Positions 27,130-41,392 of a DNA stretch of 64,000 bases are shown here, in pieces; within the stretch, counting starts at the first letter, position 1, and each line of letters begins with the position of its first letter. The stretch comes from Anthoceros angustus (lineage: Eukaryota; Plantae; Anthocerotophyta): the NCBI GenBank assembly GCA_010909165.1, contig MU008178.1, positions 632,369 to 696,368 on the forward strand, read 5' to 3'. A model generated the notes under the pieces. It saw only the letters and a program-made list of their open reading frames with translations, ran no database searches and was not told the origin of the DNA. Made by a program: the position numbers and the translations under genes.

Positions 27130-28500
27130 GCCTCACCAGAAAGTTCTGCAAGGGGCCGAATCAGAGTGAGTTTTCTCGCCCATATTGTGTAGTGGGTAGA
27201 GGTGACTGATGAGAACATTGACCAACACTCTTGCTAAAGTTCTAGAATGTAATAAATGGCATTCTAACATCCAGAGCAGGAGGTGCATGCAAGCTGCTAA
27301 GAAACACAAACATGCATGCATGGTCAAGCTTGTAGTATCCTTGTGAGACCGAGGTTGCTCGAAAACATCAGAATAAATCTTCGCATCTCCAACACTGTAC
27401 CATCACCCTGACAACACGCCCAAAGAATCGAGAATCCACCGCAAGTTCGCTGGGAGAACTATAAGTCATGTTAGGAGGAAGAATCCAGATGAAATTTAGG
27501 CCACACAATGGAGGAAAAGTCTAGCTTCACAAGCACCGGAAGGGGTTGGGCGAGTGATGACTCATGATGAATGGCAACGTCAACAACACTGGGTGACACA
27601 TCAAATATGGAGTGAAGGGAAGGCCCACAGAGGAGAGAGACTCACCCTCCGTAGCATCCAAGATGTAAATTTCCGATCTCCTTGGATAACATACTCCACG
27701 CCATACAATATCTAGTCCTTCGCTCGATGATGCGAGCAAAATAGGTGAGGTGCAAAATAGCCCTCTACATCCTCCACATGCCAGATCTGTACACATTTCC
27801 AGCACATATGTCGCTGCATTTTAGGTTCAAGTTTTATAAGTTGCTCAAAGCATCGACCCTCACGCTCAGGATCTCCATGGCTTTTGCACGCATTCAGCAA
27901 GGCTTTCCACCTTACAACATCATTCTCAAAGGGCATGGAGTACAACAACTTCCTGCCTCATCCAGACGCCCGGCTCGCCCAAGGATGTTATCCATGCAAG
28001 CGCAGTGATAAACCCCAGATGAGATCCCGCCATGCTCCTGCACCATGCGTTCAAAATACTGCTGACCCTCATCCACCATCCACGTGTCTGCATGCCACAA
28101 GCGTGCATAAAGAGTCCAAGCTTCTTCACCAAGCCCTGGCTGAACAAAGCCTATGATCATGGTATTCCACGTCACCAAACTAGTTTCAGGCAGTCTGTCC
28201 AACACTCTGCAACAATCCTCTAAGCTACCACATTCTGCATACATGCCCACCACACTGGTACCAACAACCAAATCAGCTTCTAGACCTATTTGTTGTCTGA
28301 AAATGGGGCCCCTCCCCGTATGTCACCCAAGCCAGCACATGCATTCAGGAGGCAAACAAACGTGAAACTATCAGCAGGCATCCTCCAGGACAGCTCCTCA
28401 ACGTAATGGCCTCCAGTTGCATACATCTGGAAAGCCCAAGAGCTTCTCTGCGAACCCTTGGTGCATGCCCTGCAATCAAGCCATACCCCACTGGGTCTGG
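27130..28500 (-). pseudogene. PLS/E-class PPR gene fragments inside the CACTA element
   Basis: VVGTSVVGMYAECGSLED...LVTWNTMIIGFVQ.GLGEEA; YHCACMDNILGRAGRLDEA; SMPFENDVVRWKALLNACKSHGD...RCFEQLI (E1-type motif); further degenerate PPR-like peptide at 27130-27430. Confidence 0.85.
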
Positions 28501-28549
28501 CTCCAACAGCGGCTGAGACTTTATGAAGCTGTGAGGAAATCGGTGCGTT

Positions 28550-31500
28550 TCGATGGGGTATTGGTGGCGTTCTCCGGCCATCCTAGCTGTTCGAGTCCAT
28601 TTTGCAGGGGCAGCTGGGGCTCAGTTCCAAGCTCTATCCCGCATTGGCGTCCGCATACCCTCATGAATGGGGTTGCTGCGAAAAAGAATATCAGACCATG
28701 ATCATACAAAGGCAAGGCTATGTCAACACAACGAGATTGAGATTGATCATCACACTCACCTGATGGATCCCGCATGGGAGAGTCATGAAGGAGCCTGGTG
28801 CATGGGAGTTCTTGAAGGGTGCGTAGGTATTTCACCACCAAGTCCATATCTACATGATTCCTGCAAGGAAATGGCAGAGGGTTTATAAATACGCTTCTAA
28901 CAAGCTTACTTGAGTCTGTCACAGAGCACAGACCTGAAGGAGCTCGAAGCCATCGGCGTGTCACCAATGTCTGAGAGTTGATCTCTCCGCACTGCCACAC
29001 GATCAGATGCAGCTCAAGACACAACATCCTAGATAGACAGCACCTCAGAAGCCGGCAGTTCAGAGTTGTGAACAATTGTTTGGACAAACACACGAGGACA
29101 CAAGGCATAACTGTACCCTCCTCCATTTGAGACTCTAGGTCAAATCGAACAGTGGTGTTTGTACATCCTTTACACACCTCGGTAACCTTTGGACCGCCCC
29201 AATCTTATTTTGACTGTCCTCCCAAGTAGCCCTCATCTCTTAGGGCGTGGCCCCCATAACCTCCTCCAAACCCTGCAGTCAATTTTATCTCAGCAACGTT
29301 GGTCTACCTACGAAACCCAGGAACATCACGGTGCCTGCAGAAGGCCAGTCAAACCTAACACTTTGAGGAAGGTACCGAGATGGAGGATTTAGGTTGCTGA
29401 AGCTTGATGTAACCGCCTCTGCAAGATAGCCCAAGAACTTCCAAAGTTGCAGACACGTTGAATTGCATGCACATATAATCCCAATGCCTATCAATTCCAA
29501 CCACCGTCGTCAAACCAAAACTTCAATGTAAAGAATTAAGGTCCATACAGACTACCAATACTGTTTGCCCGACAGCCTCCGCATGCTGAACACACATAAC
29601 AAAGGGCTTACCACTGCTCATTCCCACTTATACCACCAAGTGCAACACACACTTGTGATCGTGACACAAAAAGCCACCATTCTCCAAGTGGTGACGGTCA
29701 TATATAAATAGGATGCTGCGGTTTACGTGCTCCACCGGCTCTTGTCTACCTTGTACATCAGTTGCATCAGCTACACCAAGACTACGATGCTGACTGATGT
29801 CTACCAGAATTGAACATTCACAGCTTGTACTAGAAGAAGTACCTTGCAGAGACCATCACGCACTCATACAATGTCCTTCACACCGACAGTTGCTTGACTG
29901 CCCAACAGAACCAAACAATACTCGCGCATCGAGGATATTGGAGTTTTGGTAATTACTGGAATGCATGAACAATATGATCTTACTCCAGTAGAACAAGGTC
30001 ATGTAGCTCATAATCCCCAACTGAAAGACCTGTTGTGACCTCTGAGCCACTACATCAGCTGTGAAAACTTGAATCACAGCATACACAAGCACTGTTGGCT
30101 CCAAGACCAAAGTCCACATGCACGCACATAAAACCCCACTGGTCCACAGCATCACTTACATCCTCCGCTGTGGTATCATTCAGAAAACCACTGGATGGTG
30201 GTTCACCTTACCACCTTTCCAGTAGATCCTAAACGAGCCCCTCTGATCACCTTTACATGATCTCCGTCTTGAAGAATTAACGCACTTGTGACTCCCACCG
30301 CAATGGTTTCCTGTCACATCAAAGGGTTAACAAGTAGAGTGATATACTGTGTTAACCGATCTGCTACATCCTGCAGCTGAGTGAAACGAAAAACAAAACT
30401 AGAGGACATCAATTACCTTCAAAATCCTCTGGACGGATGTATACTGTGTCATCAACCTTTTCCACATTTCCCATCAACTGCAAGTCTCCTTCGATAAGCA
30501 CAACAGATCCCCTTTCATGAGGTTGCCCTACGCTTTGAGGACAATGCTGATGGAAGCCCCATTGCATACATCCGCCATCTTCTCATTGGAATACACCGCT
30601 CAAGAATTGCTATGACAAGTCACACGCTACGCCAAAGGCAAAGGCAGCATTCTACCTTCACGGAACCATGGTGAACTTCGCCACGTTAAGATCCAGCAGT
30701 TTTGAGCAATCTCATCTTTCACGCCACCGCCACCCTACAAAGATCGGACGGGGCTCCAAGAGTCAAGTGACCAAACTACAAACTACTCAGAGAAGTAAAA
30801 ACAAGAAGAGAAGATAACCGCAACTTGGCAATCAAAGCCACAACCTCGTGATTCCGTCCGATTGTGCAAGACCTTGAGCAACGCTAGCTCGCGGTGGAAG
30901 ACGCTGGAGCAGGAATGGCATAAACGCATCATTGAATGTTCCGCACGACAACCGTAGCAACCGACATATTTACGACCAAATGTAACTCGCAGGTATCAGT
31001 CAACTTCATTCCAACCATCGCCGGCCCCAGTCGCATGACGGCAGATTTCCAAGTCGCTTGGGAGATGATCCACCTTCCCAAAGAGATATGCATCGGATTG
31101 GCTCACTCTTCATGGGCCAATGAGGTAAAGGGAGGCGGCCATCAAGATCGAGAGGAAAATCATGTCACCGGTGCAATCTCAACGCTCCTCCTCATCCACC
31201 ACCTCTAGCTTCTCCCCAGACCACCTTCTCGATAGCTTGCCAAGCCGCGGAGGTCGCGGGGTGCCGAAGGTGCCGCAGATGCCACCTTGGCATTTAGCCC
31301 AACCTTGTTACCTTCAACAGAAGTGTAACCACCACAGTTCTAATCGATGAAAGCTCATCAACATCGTGAACTTGCTCTAACTTGGGGACGAAGGAGAATC
31401 ACACGACAAGCCATCTTCAATATGCCCATGTTTCTTGACCTCGGTCTCCGCCCACGACGGCTTCCTCATCATCATCCTGCCTCCGAATCGGCTTCCTTGC

Positions 31501-33500
31501 GCCTATGGATGGACGCCAACAAGGCACTCTCACCGGGCACCTTTGCGCCCCGCCTCCTGGTGGCCAATTGGCTGCTGTTCACGACACCGCGAATACAGTA
31601 TCAATGCACGACACCGCAGCAATACAGCCTTCCATCCATGAGCCACGGCAGAAGGCAATCCTAGAGCACAAGGGTTCTAGAGCACAAGGTACCTAGTCTC
31701 CGCCGCTTCTCCTTCTCTTGGTCCATGTTGTCGACTCCGATTTCCGCAAGCACATCCTCCAAGACATTCTCTAATCGGCCGCCTCCGAATCCGCTCCAAA
31801 CCGCGCAGATCCGAGCTTAGGTCGTCCTTGCCCCAAGCACGAACTCCCTGTAGACAAGCTGCAAAGAAAGGATCCTCGAAATCTGGATGCTTTGACGACT
31901 GTTTTGTCCGAGCGTTCCAAGTGTAACAGATCCGATCGTATGTTGCCGATATCGAGAGGCAAATGCAGGCCCAAGATGCAATTTGTTGATGCTGCAATCC
32001 GCCATGGCGAAGCGAAACGCCGAGCAGGACGCAAGCCAAGGCTGGTAATATTAGCCAAAAATAGAGCTCGCGGCAACAGAACTCGCGGGCGTGGCTGGAC
32101 ACGCCAAGTCCGCCACATGTTACATTTTCGTGAGAGTTCATTCTACATGTTGAGGTGATGCTACGTCGGCATCTACAAAGGCAAGGTATCCGGTTCACTA
32201 CTTAGTGATACCTAGGGGAACGGGCACGAAGTCCTCACTGCTTTCTTGTTTGCTTTTGGGACCACCTTCTTCTTCCTCCTATCGCAAAGAACCATAGGCT
32301 GTTGCATCGTACATGCCTGCGTGGTCTTGTAGAAGATGGCCTGCCACATTTTTAACTGCCGCTGATTCCACGGCTCCCGATTCTATAGCTTCCACTGCAG
32401 CCTTCCAAATTCACCTCCCACATCTCCGATTCCACAGATTCAGTTCCTTCCCGGCCCCACAAGTTCCAGATTCATGCCTCGCCCACATCTTCCGATTCCA
32501 CAGCCTTCCATTCCTCCGGGCCCACATCTTCCGATTCCACGCTTCCATTCACACCCACTTTAACGCTTCTCCATTTTGTACGATATCATTAGGATTGCTA
32601 CGAGCAGCTAAGAAGTCTTCCATATTATTCACCTGCTTTGTTGCATAGGCCAATTCCGCCTGTGGATTCCTTCCCATTTCTTCTTGAAGGAAGCTGCAAG
32701 CGCCTCACCCCGCCCAAGGGGATTGCCGCCCCTTACTCCGAGAGGAAGTGCTGCTTTTGTTGTTTCACCGCAACCGCTTCCCGGCATTTTTCCTCTTTAG
32801 AATCGCAATTTCTGCCTCTACACTTTTGTCAAAGACTGCTGGCTCTGCCCAAGAAGGCATCTTAGCTTTCTTATCCTTTGAACGCCTCCCAGTGGTTACA
32901 ATCGCTTTAGCCTGAAGCTCTGCGGCCTTGTTTAAGGCCCTGTGCTTGCTGCGTACACATTGAGAGAACCTTTGCCTGATCAAAGACGTGTTAGTGATGG
33001 TGGGAAATTCTGAGGTAATGATATGTATTAACTCGCATCTTCTCTCAGACCGTGAGCACTCCATGCCTGTGGACATCCAAATTTGCCGCCAATCTTCGAT
33101 CCGAGCACATGCTTTTTCCAAGTTTCGAATCGCCACCAAAGGCAATATCGGGATCATTGTTTTCTAATTCTTCCATCTCCTCCACTTCGATGGTTTGTTC
33201 CGGATTCCTCCTCGATCCCCTCATAGCGTAAAGGACACCGCCCCCTGATCGACCACATAGTCTAAGATCGTGTTAGGATGGATTGCCGCTAATGTGTTTT
33301 GCACCTCGGCTGATGACCGCCCGGTCGACAACACTGCTGAAACTTGCCTCAAATTTTCTTTGAAACCACCTCTCCTCCATATCGCCCTTTTCTCGCCCAA
33401 ATCTTGTTCGCACATGGAGCTCCTCCAACCACATGCGCTCCCCTGGCTAGAGCTTGGCCCGCTCGATTCGACATCATCCACAAGCCAATACCTCAACCAT
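28550..33500 (-). mobile_element. Highly degenerate LINE-like (non-LTR) relic nested in the CACTA
   Basis: Scattered minus-strand peptides resembling LINE RT motifs (ITLL, HVDF, VSPLL) and a Cys/His-containing C-terminal segment; no intact catalytic motif could be read. Confidence 0.4.
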
Positions 33501-33949
33501 CGTCATTGCCAAATTTGTTGGCGCCATCGCCTTTGGAGAGCAAAAGCAAGCGAGTGAGTGACAAAACATGCGATGGCATGCAGATCAAATTGGTGCGGAA
33601 TCATGAAAATTCAAGAGCAATGCGAAATGATGATGACGATTTTCACTTGACAACGACGCCGATGAGACGTGACGCGTGGCAACGCGACTTCTGCATTTTG
33701 TTATCATCAATCACAAAATGGCTGAGGTCTTGGCCTCCGAGGAGCAAAAATGGCTAAGATCCCGGTTTTGAACATCAAGAAGGAGCGCCATCGCAGAAGA
33801 GGAAGTGGAGGATTCTCTCCGAGGGAACAAAGTGGAGCATCGTCCATAAGTTGCTGCTAGCGATTTCGTGAAGGATCACTATAGACACGACCACTATCTC
33901 ACATTGTTGCGATCCAACAAGTGCCCGCAAGTGCTTCCACAAATCAACC

Positions 33950-36900
33950 GCTACCTTGCAATCATCGCTAGTATACCCACCGGGCACTTGTCACCGATCG
34001 GATAGCATGAAGCGGACATTTCATAGCATAGCAGAGATGTGTTTCGGGCTCGAGCGGTGTGCCGACTTATGGTGCACATTATCAAGGGTGGTGAGCGCAA
34101 TGGCAAGGACCATGCCCAATGACATACATTGGACAAGGAATGTTCGTGCGTGAAGCACCACCATGGAGCTGATAGAATCGAGCCCGAGTTCGCTCGAATC
34201 GAGATATCCTGCAGATGCCTTGCCCTTGCCCCATCTGTCAAAACCAAGGGTGGGCGAGAGGTGATCATTCCGCCCGACATTGCATGCGCTTTTAAGGGAA
34301 CATGAAGTGATGGTGAGGGAACAGGAAGTGATGGTGAGGGAAGAGGAATTGTGTCCAGTGTAGAAGGTGGGGAAGAGTAATTGCTGGTGTAGAAGGTGAG
34401 GGAAGAGGATGCAGTGTAGAAGGTGGCTTTCACCACCGCTTGACGATGCACCGTGGTATGAAGGGGCTCAATTCGATGAAAGTGACAATACATCGAAGAC
34501 GAGTTCCTCACTTCTCCTCTCACATCGGATGACGGCGATGTCGGAGGATGGCGAGGATCATTTCGAAGAACTAGCGATAGCATTGCTGTAAGCCTATCTA
34601 GAGTCCATGAATGTTGGTGAGGATGATGAGGATCCTTGGCGCAACAAAATAAGAGTAGAGACTAAGTTGTGTGAGGGTTCAAGAGAACTGTTGACTACAA
34701 CGTTGCTACTTATTGTATATGCAAATGCAATTCAAGGTATCGACGCGTCTTTATGAATGCTTTATTTGGATTCTTGGCAACTAGAGCCCTTCGAAGCCCA
34801 ATAATATGCCAAAACGCGAGGGATGCAGGAAACTTGCTACATGTTGGCCAAGACTATGAGAAAATTGACGATGTATTGGAGATCGCTTTTAGAGGACCTA
34901 TGGACGGAAGCGTAAAACTTGCGGAAGTGTGGTGAGTACCGATATGAGAAAGGAACAGGTGCACGACACCGCGTAACGTAAGCGTATGTGGTACTTCCGG
35001 TGATCCCTAGGTTGCAACGATTATTTAGGTGTCTTGATCTTGCGGTTGAGATGTCTTCACATGTTACCAGTGAGTACAACAGGAGAATGGCCATATTTGT
35101 CGACTCACCGCATGGCTCTGTTGATGCTCCGGATGGTTTTGGTGATGATCCAAGAAATATTCACTTCACACTAATGCATTGTCCCGCTTTGGAATGCGGA
35201 CCTCTACTCGATCAACTTGGCCGCTTTTGCTCATCAACCAAAATTTTCCTCCTTGGATTGCATTCAAGAAACAATATATCATGATGCCGTTGTTGATGTG
35301 GCCTCACAAAGTTGCAAATGCGGATATCTTCGGAGCCTATGTATGAAGAGCTTGAGAACTTTGGATGAGTATTGTGGATGCATCCGGATGTATCCCAAGC
35401 CGTAATTTCAAGGCTGCGTCTGCAATTGTGAACACTATCACATTTTATGGGGCTGGAGTTTCTTCTCGGACTACAGTGCAGGATATAGAGCTTGTCCAAC
35501 TTGTTGGTCTCGCATTGATCATCGCAGTCAGCGTAAAAGAGTATCTATACCGGGGGAAGTTGCTACCATTGCCACATCCGCATAGGCTGCATGATGTAGA
35601 GTGTTTCATGGTCACCGAGTTGGGTGAAGTGGGAGGAGAGGCAACTCACCAAGACATCATACAAGAAGTAGCGAATTGGAAGCGGGGGATTGAACTACGG
35701 GATCGAAAATGGGGGTAAACGTAGTTTTGTTGGGTATGACATCTTACCTTACGGAGCACTTGGAGAACCCATTTGGTGGGAAGGACGGATGCATATCATC
35801 AAGAATGTGGCGAAGACTTATGGTATACTTTGGTTGGGCAAAGAGCGACTTGGCAACAAGAGAGGATCTCGTAGAAGGAAACAAAGAAGGAGCATGTGGC
35901 CACAACCAATACCGGAGACCTGGACCACTATTTGCTTCCAAGTCGCATGGGTTCTCCAAAGGAGAATCTTGAACTCGCTTTTGTATGTCGGATATTCGAC
36001 CTCCGACCGGATTTCGCTCGAATATGTGCTGTTGTCAAAAGCTTGTGATTCAAGTCCCATGATTGGTATGTCCTTATGCTTTATTTCTACCTATAGCCCA
36101 CGTGGCTTCATCGATGAGGAGGTGTTCTCGGTTGTTGCCGGTTGAGCGCTTATTCAGTGGTTGACCCGTAAAGAGGTTCTTGTATGTGAAGTGCAAGACA
36201 TGAAATTAGAGGTCAGAGAAGTCATGGTGGAAATGGAGCGACTTTTTCCAACCGTTGTTTGATATACAAATGCACATGATTGTGCATCTTGTTGGAGAGG
36301 TGGAAACACACGGCCCATGCACGTTGGATGTTCCCTATAGAGCGTTATTTGAAAGTGCTTAAAGATCTTTGTCGACAAAGGCGGACGAGGGCAGCATTGC
36401 CTGGATACCTAGCTATGGAGGCCATGTTATATGCCAAGTCCTTTTGAGGGAAATGTACCCTAGAGCTAATCACTTGCGGTCAATTGATGAAGATCATATC
36501 ATGTTCAAGTTCCTATTGGGAAAGGGAAGCCTATAATCTTACGGAAGATGAACAGGCGCATGCACAAGTACATGCCGATGAATATGAAAGCCATGGCTCC
36601 ATACTTGGCTATCCATGTAGAGGTGGAAAATGGTTTAACTCAGGAAAAGGATTTTAGACAATGGTTACGCCGTCCATCGATGAAGGCCGATGGCCTGACA
36701 TGACACCCCAACAGCGGGATATAGCAGCAGGCCCTCCCCTGAAAACTGAGGAGTATCGTGGACTCAAGGCTTATGGCTACCACTATCGTACAGAGGTTGC
36801 AGACAAGCATAGAAAAGTCACACAGGATAGTGGTGTTACGGGGTTTGGATTGTCGGAGATGATGAGCAAGCACGGCCATTTTATGGTAACATCCAACAAA

Positions 36901-37200
36901 TCATCGCATGAAATGTGGGAGGAGGATCATTTCATATTTAGGGTGAACTGGTATGAGTGTAAGCGGTGGGAGGACTCCATCCCTCAAAGAGGACTTGAGT
37001 GGATTCTCTTTAGTAAACCGCAAGTTGCTCTACAACTGGAATGTAAGATGGGTCGTGGCCCTTTGCATTCCCCGAACATGTCACGCAGGTGTTTTTCCAT
37101 GATTCGCCATTCTCAACGCAGAAGGTTGGAGTCTAGTTGTGGAATGCCCATCCGTATACGAATCCCTAAGCAAATAAGAGTAGAGTACACAATGTAGAGG
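33950..37200 (+). pseudogene. CACTA TNP2/TnpD-like transposase (frameshifted)
   Basis: YVVLPVIPRLQRLFR...FGDDPRNIHF (Transposase_21-like); MHIIKNVAK; GPMH..WMFPIERY.KVLK (DUF4218-like); TQDSGV and FRVNWY (DUF4216-like). Confidence 0.88.
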
Positions 37201-37423
37201 ACTGGAAATACCGTGGTTTAGGGCAGCAACACAACACACTGTAGAAAGCCGAGCCATCATAGTGTAGAGTCCAGACGATGCGAATTGTCCCTTTTCCTTG
37301 AGTTGCCTATAGGCCTGGCAGGTTTAGCGGAGGTATGTGTCTGATCGGCATGCCAACGAAGATGACACTTAATTTGTTGTTTTCAAACTGATGTATATGT
37401 AGAACAACGCTACAGTAAAGCAT

Positions 37424-37492
37424 GATGCATTGTTCTAGTGGTTTGTCTTTGAGTTTTGGATCGGGGAGACCCGGTTCAAACCCAGTAGCCCT
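37424..37492 (+). other. tRNA-derived (SINE-head-like) sequence
   Basis: TCTAGTGG A-box-like and GGTTCAAACCC B-box motifs at tRNA-like spacing; cloverleaf not intact. Confidence 0.4.
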
Positions 37493-37539
37493 CCACCCTT
37501 TGAGGGTCCTCACCACACTCGGATATGCGAGACCCGTCA

Positions 37540-37990
37540 GGTCCGGACGGGATGCGACTTGACGGAGCTGTGACTAAACGGAACCGTTAGGATCGTACGA
37601 GCCGTGGCTGTTTAGGATCGGACGAGCTTTCGCTAGCTGAATGGAACCGTTAGGATCGGACGAGCCGTCAGTGAACGGATCGGACCGCTTAGGATCCGTT
37701 AGGACCGACGGAGCCGTCAGGGCTGAACGAACGTTAGGATCGGACGGAGCTGGGGAGGACAGGCCTTAGGACCGAACTTGACGGAGCTGTTACCGTTAGG
37801 GCTGAACGGAACCGTTAGGATCGGACGGAGCCGTTGGGAAAAAAGGCTCCTTAGGATCGAATGGGACGGATGGGCTTCTCAACTTAACGAGATGGGATGT
37901 GCACATTAGGTGGGACGGGGCCCGTTGGATTCGGACGGCTGCTAAGTTCGACAAGTTATATCGGACGGGACCCGTTGGTCCGAATGAAGC
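37540..37990. repeat. Subterminal tandem repeat array (CCGTTAGGATCGGACGGAGC core)
   Basis: About 10 degenerate copies just inside the CACTA right TIR. Confidence 0.85.
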
Positions 37991-38249
37991 CGCGTTAAGT
38001 GTACTCCACTTTACTAAATATCAGATTAATTATATACTATATTTATTAAATATAAAATTAATCATTGAGAATTAAAATTATTTGTTAAGAAGTAAAATTA
38101 CTCATTAAGAATTCAAATTACCGTTAAGAATTACCGACCAAGTCACCTAAATCCACACCAAGCGAGGTATGGCTCGAACCTAAGAAACAACGACTTTTCC
38201 AACTGCTATTTTGGAGCGTTGTTTTGGATCCTCAAATGTAGTAGTGATT

Positions 38250-41200
38250 AGTTTCATCCGGCGTGTTTGGTTGAATGTGAGGAGAGCGCACCAACTTTTC
38301 CTTTATAGCTTTCTATCCGTCTGATGATGTTTCGAAGTGAGTCGAAACCCGTAGTATATAATAATGGTTTTGACAAAAACCTTTTGGATGTTGGGGCCCT
38401 TTCCTTTCCCCGACCTTTTTGGCGGTGTGGTCCATTCGGTCCTTTGAAAAATTCTCCAACATACTTGCCCTCATAAGCATCCGTGTGCTCACCACCAAGC
38501 ACAAGCAATACGGTTCTGGGCCCCAAGGTGCACACTTACAACCTTCGCTACCAACGCCCTATTGTGTGTGTCACCTCGCGGTGTCACAATAAACATTCCT
38601 TTCAGATCTCCATAATATCGCCATCCATCCTTCTTGCCACCTCTTCTTGGCGTTCAATAGTTTGGTAGGCCCCTAGATACATGTCCTGTGTGGTATGTCA
38701 CGCAAAAGAGCCTCGCCCAAGACAAATTTCTTCCGTATGTGCAAAGGGGGGACCCGGGCTTCAGCGGCAGCCCTATCGTACCATCTCCAGGGGTTTTGCA
38801 GAACAAGCCCAATGTTATGATCCACAATATTTGCGATTTCGTGTTGATCATTCCAGAAATCCATCCACCATTCTTCCTCCACAGCAGTCAAATATGTTGG
38901 CAGCTTCACCAGTCCTTTTTTCAAGTGATCCACGCCTTCACGTGCGGTCAAACCACCATCACTAGCTTTCTTGTCCTTCCCGCCATCCAAAGGAGCGGGC
39001 CCGATGGTGTCCGGAACAAAAGTCAAGAACTCGAGCCCATCTTCGATTCCCACAAGGGGAAGTGGAGTATTGCCATCGCGAATAACGGTAACCTTTCCCG
39101 CCCAACTTTGTCCTCGCGGGTGATTTTGAACTGTGCTGAAATGAAAGGTTGTTCAACTTCCGAACCGCAGTGATACTTCGACCGCTCACTAACGTAATGG
39201 CCATACGTATGTCCAAGTCGCCACTCAACACTTTCACCGATTCGCGTGAACGAGGACTTCAATATGTCCTCCATAGTTGGCAATGTCGCCTCCTTATGTT
39301 TTAAATGCTTAGAAAACATGAAAACATTTGATCCACTTGGTCGTGCGATGCCCCACGAGGAGGAATCCAACCTTCACCTTCTCGAACGTCCGAGTTCAAC
39401 GAGCATGTTCAAGTACGCAAATAGAAGCTGGTTCTTGTTCTCTCGGCATGTATTGTCCAGTGCAGTATAAGACTTTGGGAAGTATCCTTCATACGTGTGT
39501 ATAACGCCCGGATAATAGTTATTGTTAAATTTGCATCATTCCCGAGATTGGCATAATGCGATACGCCCGCCTCGAACGTGTAATTATGTATCATGCATCC
39601 AACAACATGCACCGTGATCCGACTATCCTCCTTCAAGTCCTTTGGCCACCGCAAAATATGCGGCAGAGAAGTTTTTTCGTCCATGCCGATAGATAACAAC
39701 ATATATTTCGCGGCTCCTTGTACGACCGACCGATGCGTCACAACTTCTTCCGCTCTCCATCAATCGTATCCGATGCTTGTTGAGTGCCTCTTGATACATA
39801 GTCCGTATGTCATGGAACACCATTGTCGACTTGTGGGCACCGAAATTCAATATCTTTGCACAAAAGCAGAGCTATTTGGGAAGATCGAGTGTCGCATTGA
39901 AACCGAGATCGAAACTAGGACATACGACATGCTCTATTATTCCACACCCAAATGCATAGTGACTTTGCATACAAGCAGAGCTATTTGGGAAGATCGAGGT
40001 CGTGCATTGAAACGAGATCGAAACTAGGACATACGATACATGCTAGCCTATTATTCCACAAATGCATAGTAGTGACATGCATAACTGAGCCCTGCGGAAG
40101 TTAATGTTACGGCAAGAACCCAACCCATGCATTTCCGGACCAGAAGCCGCCAACATGCCCTCCATCACCGGAGTGAACCTTATTAGTAGCTTGGAGGGCG
40201 CGCATGCAGCACCGGCAAAGAGGCGCAAGCTTCCTCATCAGACACAACAAAGCACCCGTAGTTCACCGCGCTTTAGGGCCTTCGGCCGCCATGCCCCATG
40301 CACTCCAAATTTGGGGGCGCCATGCGCGCCCGCAGTGGAGTGCATGGCGCCGCCATGGCCGCCTCCGACACAAACGAGAGGCGCCCCGCCGCCTCATTCG
40401 CCATTCCTGCAAGGCCATCCAGAGCCCACCACGGCAAAAACGGCGCCCGGCGACATCCCTTTGTCACTTGGAGGGCGCGCCATGCAGTACCCTTCACCAC
40501 AGACATTATGGTGCCGCCATGCGGCCCTTTTTCTGGGTGGCTCCGTGATCACCTGCATAGCAACGTGCCTGCACCGGCGACTCGAGACATCACCGCCGCC
40601 CGCAGGGCCCGCACATCCGCCGCTAACTCCCTCCATTACTCCACATGCTTTTATGCCATGCATACAGCATGCACCACAATAGCGGGAGGAGGCCTACCTT
40701 GGTCAACAAGATCGGTGTCTGTGATGTTGAACTTCAGCCCCATATGGAACAAGTCGAACTGCTTGACTTGGGTATCTTCACCCGCTTGAAATTGGACCCA
40801 TCCGCAAGAAATATGCATACGACACAAAGCTGCTCACCTTTTGACTCCATTCCACTCAGATTGTATCCAAACCTCATGCTTCGTGAAAGTGTCGTAGATT
40901 GTATACTCCACATCTCCGCCGCCAAGTGAAGGAAAGTCGCATCCATCCGTGCAATTGCAGCCAAAGCATGGGAGGATTGTACACAGGGCGGCCTTATTAG
41001 CGCCCCATGGTGCCTGAATAACCTCCGCTTCAACTCCTCGTATCATGGACCCTATGCAAGATACACGCTAAGGCTTTCAAACAACATTGCATAGGAATCG
41101 ACCCATGAGGTGAGTGAAAACTCGCCCTTGTTGTGGCTCGCAAATCAGGGACTGTGATGCGTAAATGTCTCTTGCTCGTCCGCCCATTCTCGTAAACCTG

Positions 41201-41392
41201 CACTGTTTCATGAAAAGCTTCTTTGTGAACTTGCGGATGCACAATTTGTTGCAACAAGGCTTTGAAATCCTCTCCGAATCGCCTTCACTTTTCCTCAAAG
41301 AGACACCGCCGCGCTTCACACGGCCCACATCGGCCGCTAGGCTGAAGGTATCGGCCAAAGGCTTGGATGGAAAGTGACGGAGACCGCCCGGT
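38250..41392 (-). pseudogene. Sola-like (DUF7869-type) DDE transposase, main part
   Basis: CCNKLC...CCLKA Cys-rich region; VKIPK; IGMD; LDNTCRENKNQLLF...FEKVKVGFLLVGH[T]HDQVDQMFS (39300-39470). A probable C-terminus continues left of the CACTA at ~25250-25315. Superfamily assignment is tentative. Confidence 0.7.

Larger units (their letters stand above)
25319..38246 (+). mobile_element. Complete CACTA/EnSpm element, 12.9 kb, with captured cargo
   Basis: Perfect 30-bp TIRs CACTACTACATTTGAGGATCCAAAACAACG (25319-25348 and 38217-38246); 3-bp TSD ATT (25316-25318 and 38247-38249); internal TNP2 transposase. Confidence 0.95.

Noticed and set aside
37424-37492. Functional tRNA gene (Pro-like)
   Set aside because: The acceptor and anticodon stems do not pair properly; kept only as tRNA-derived
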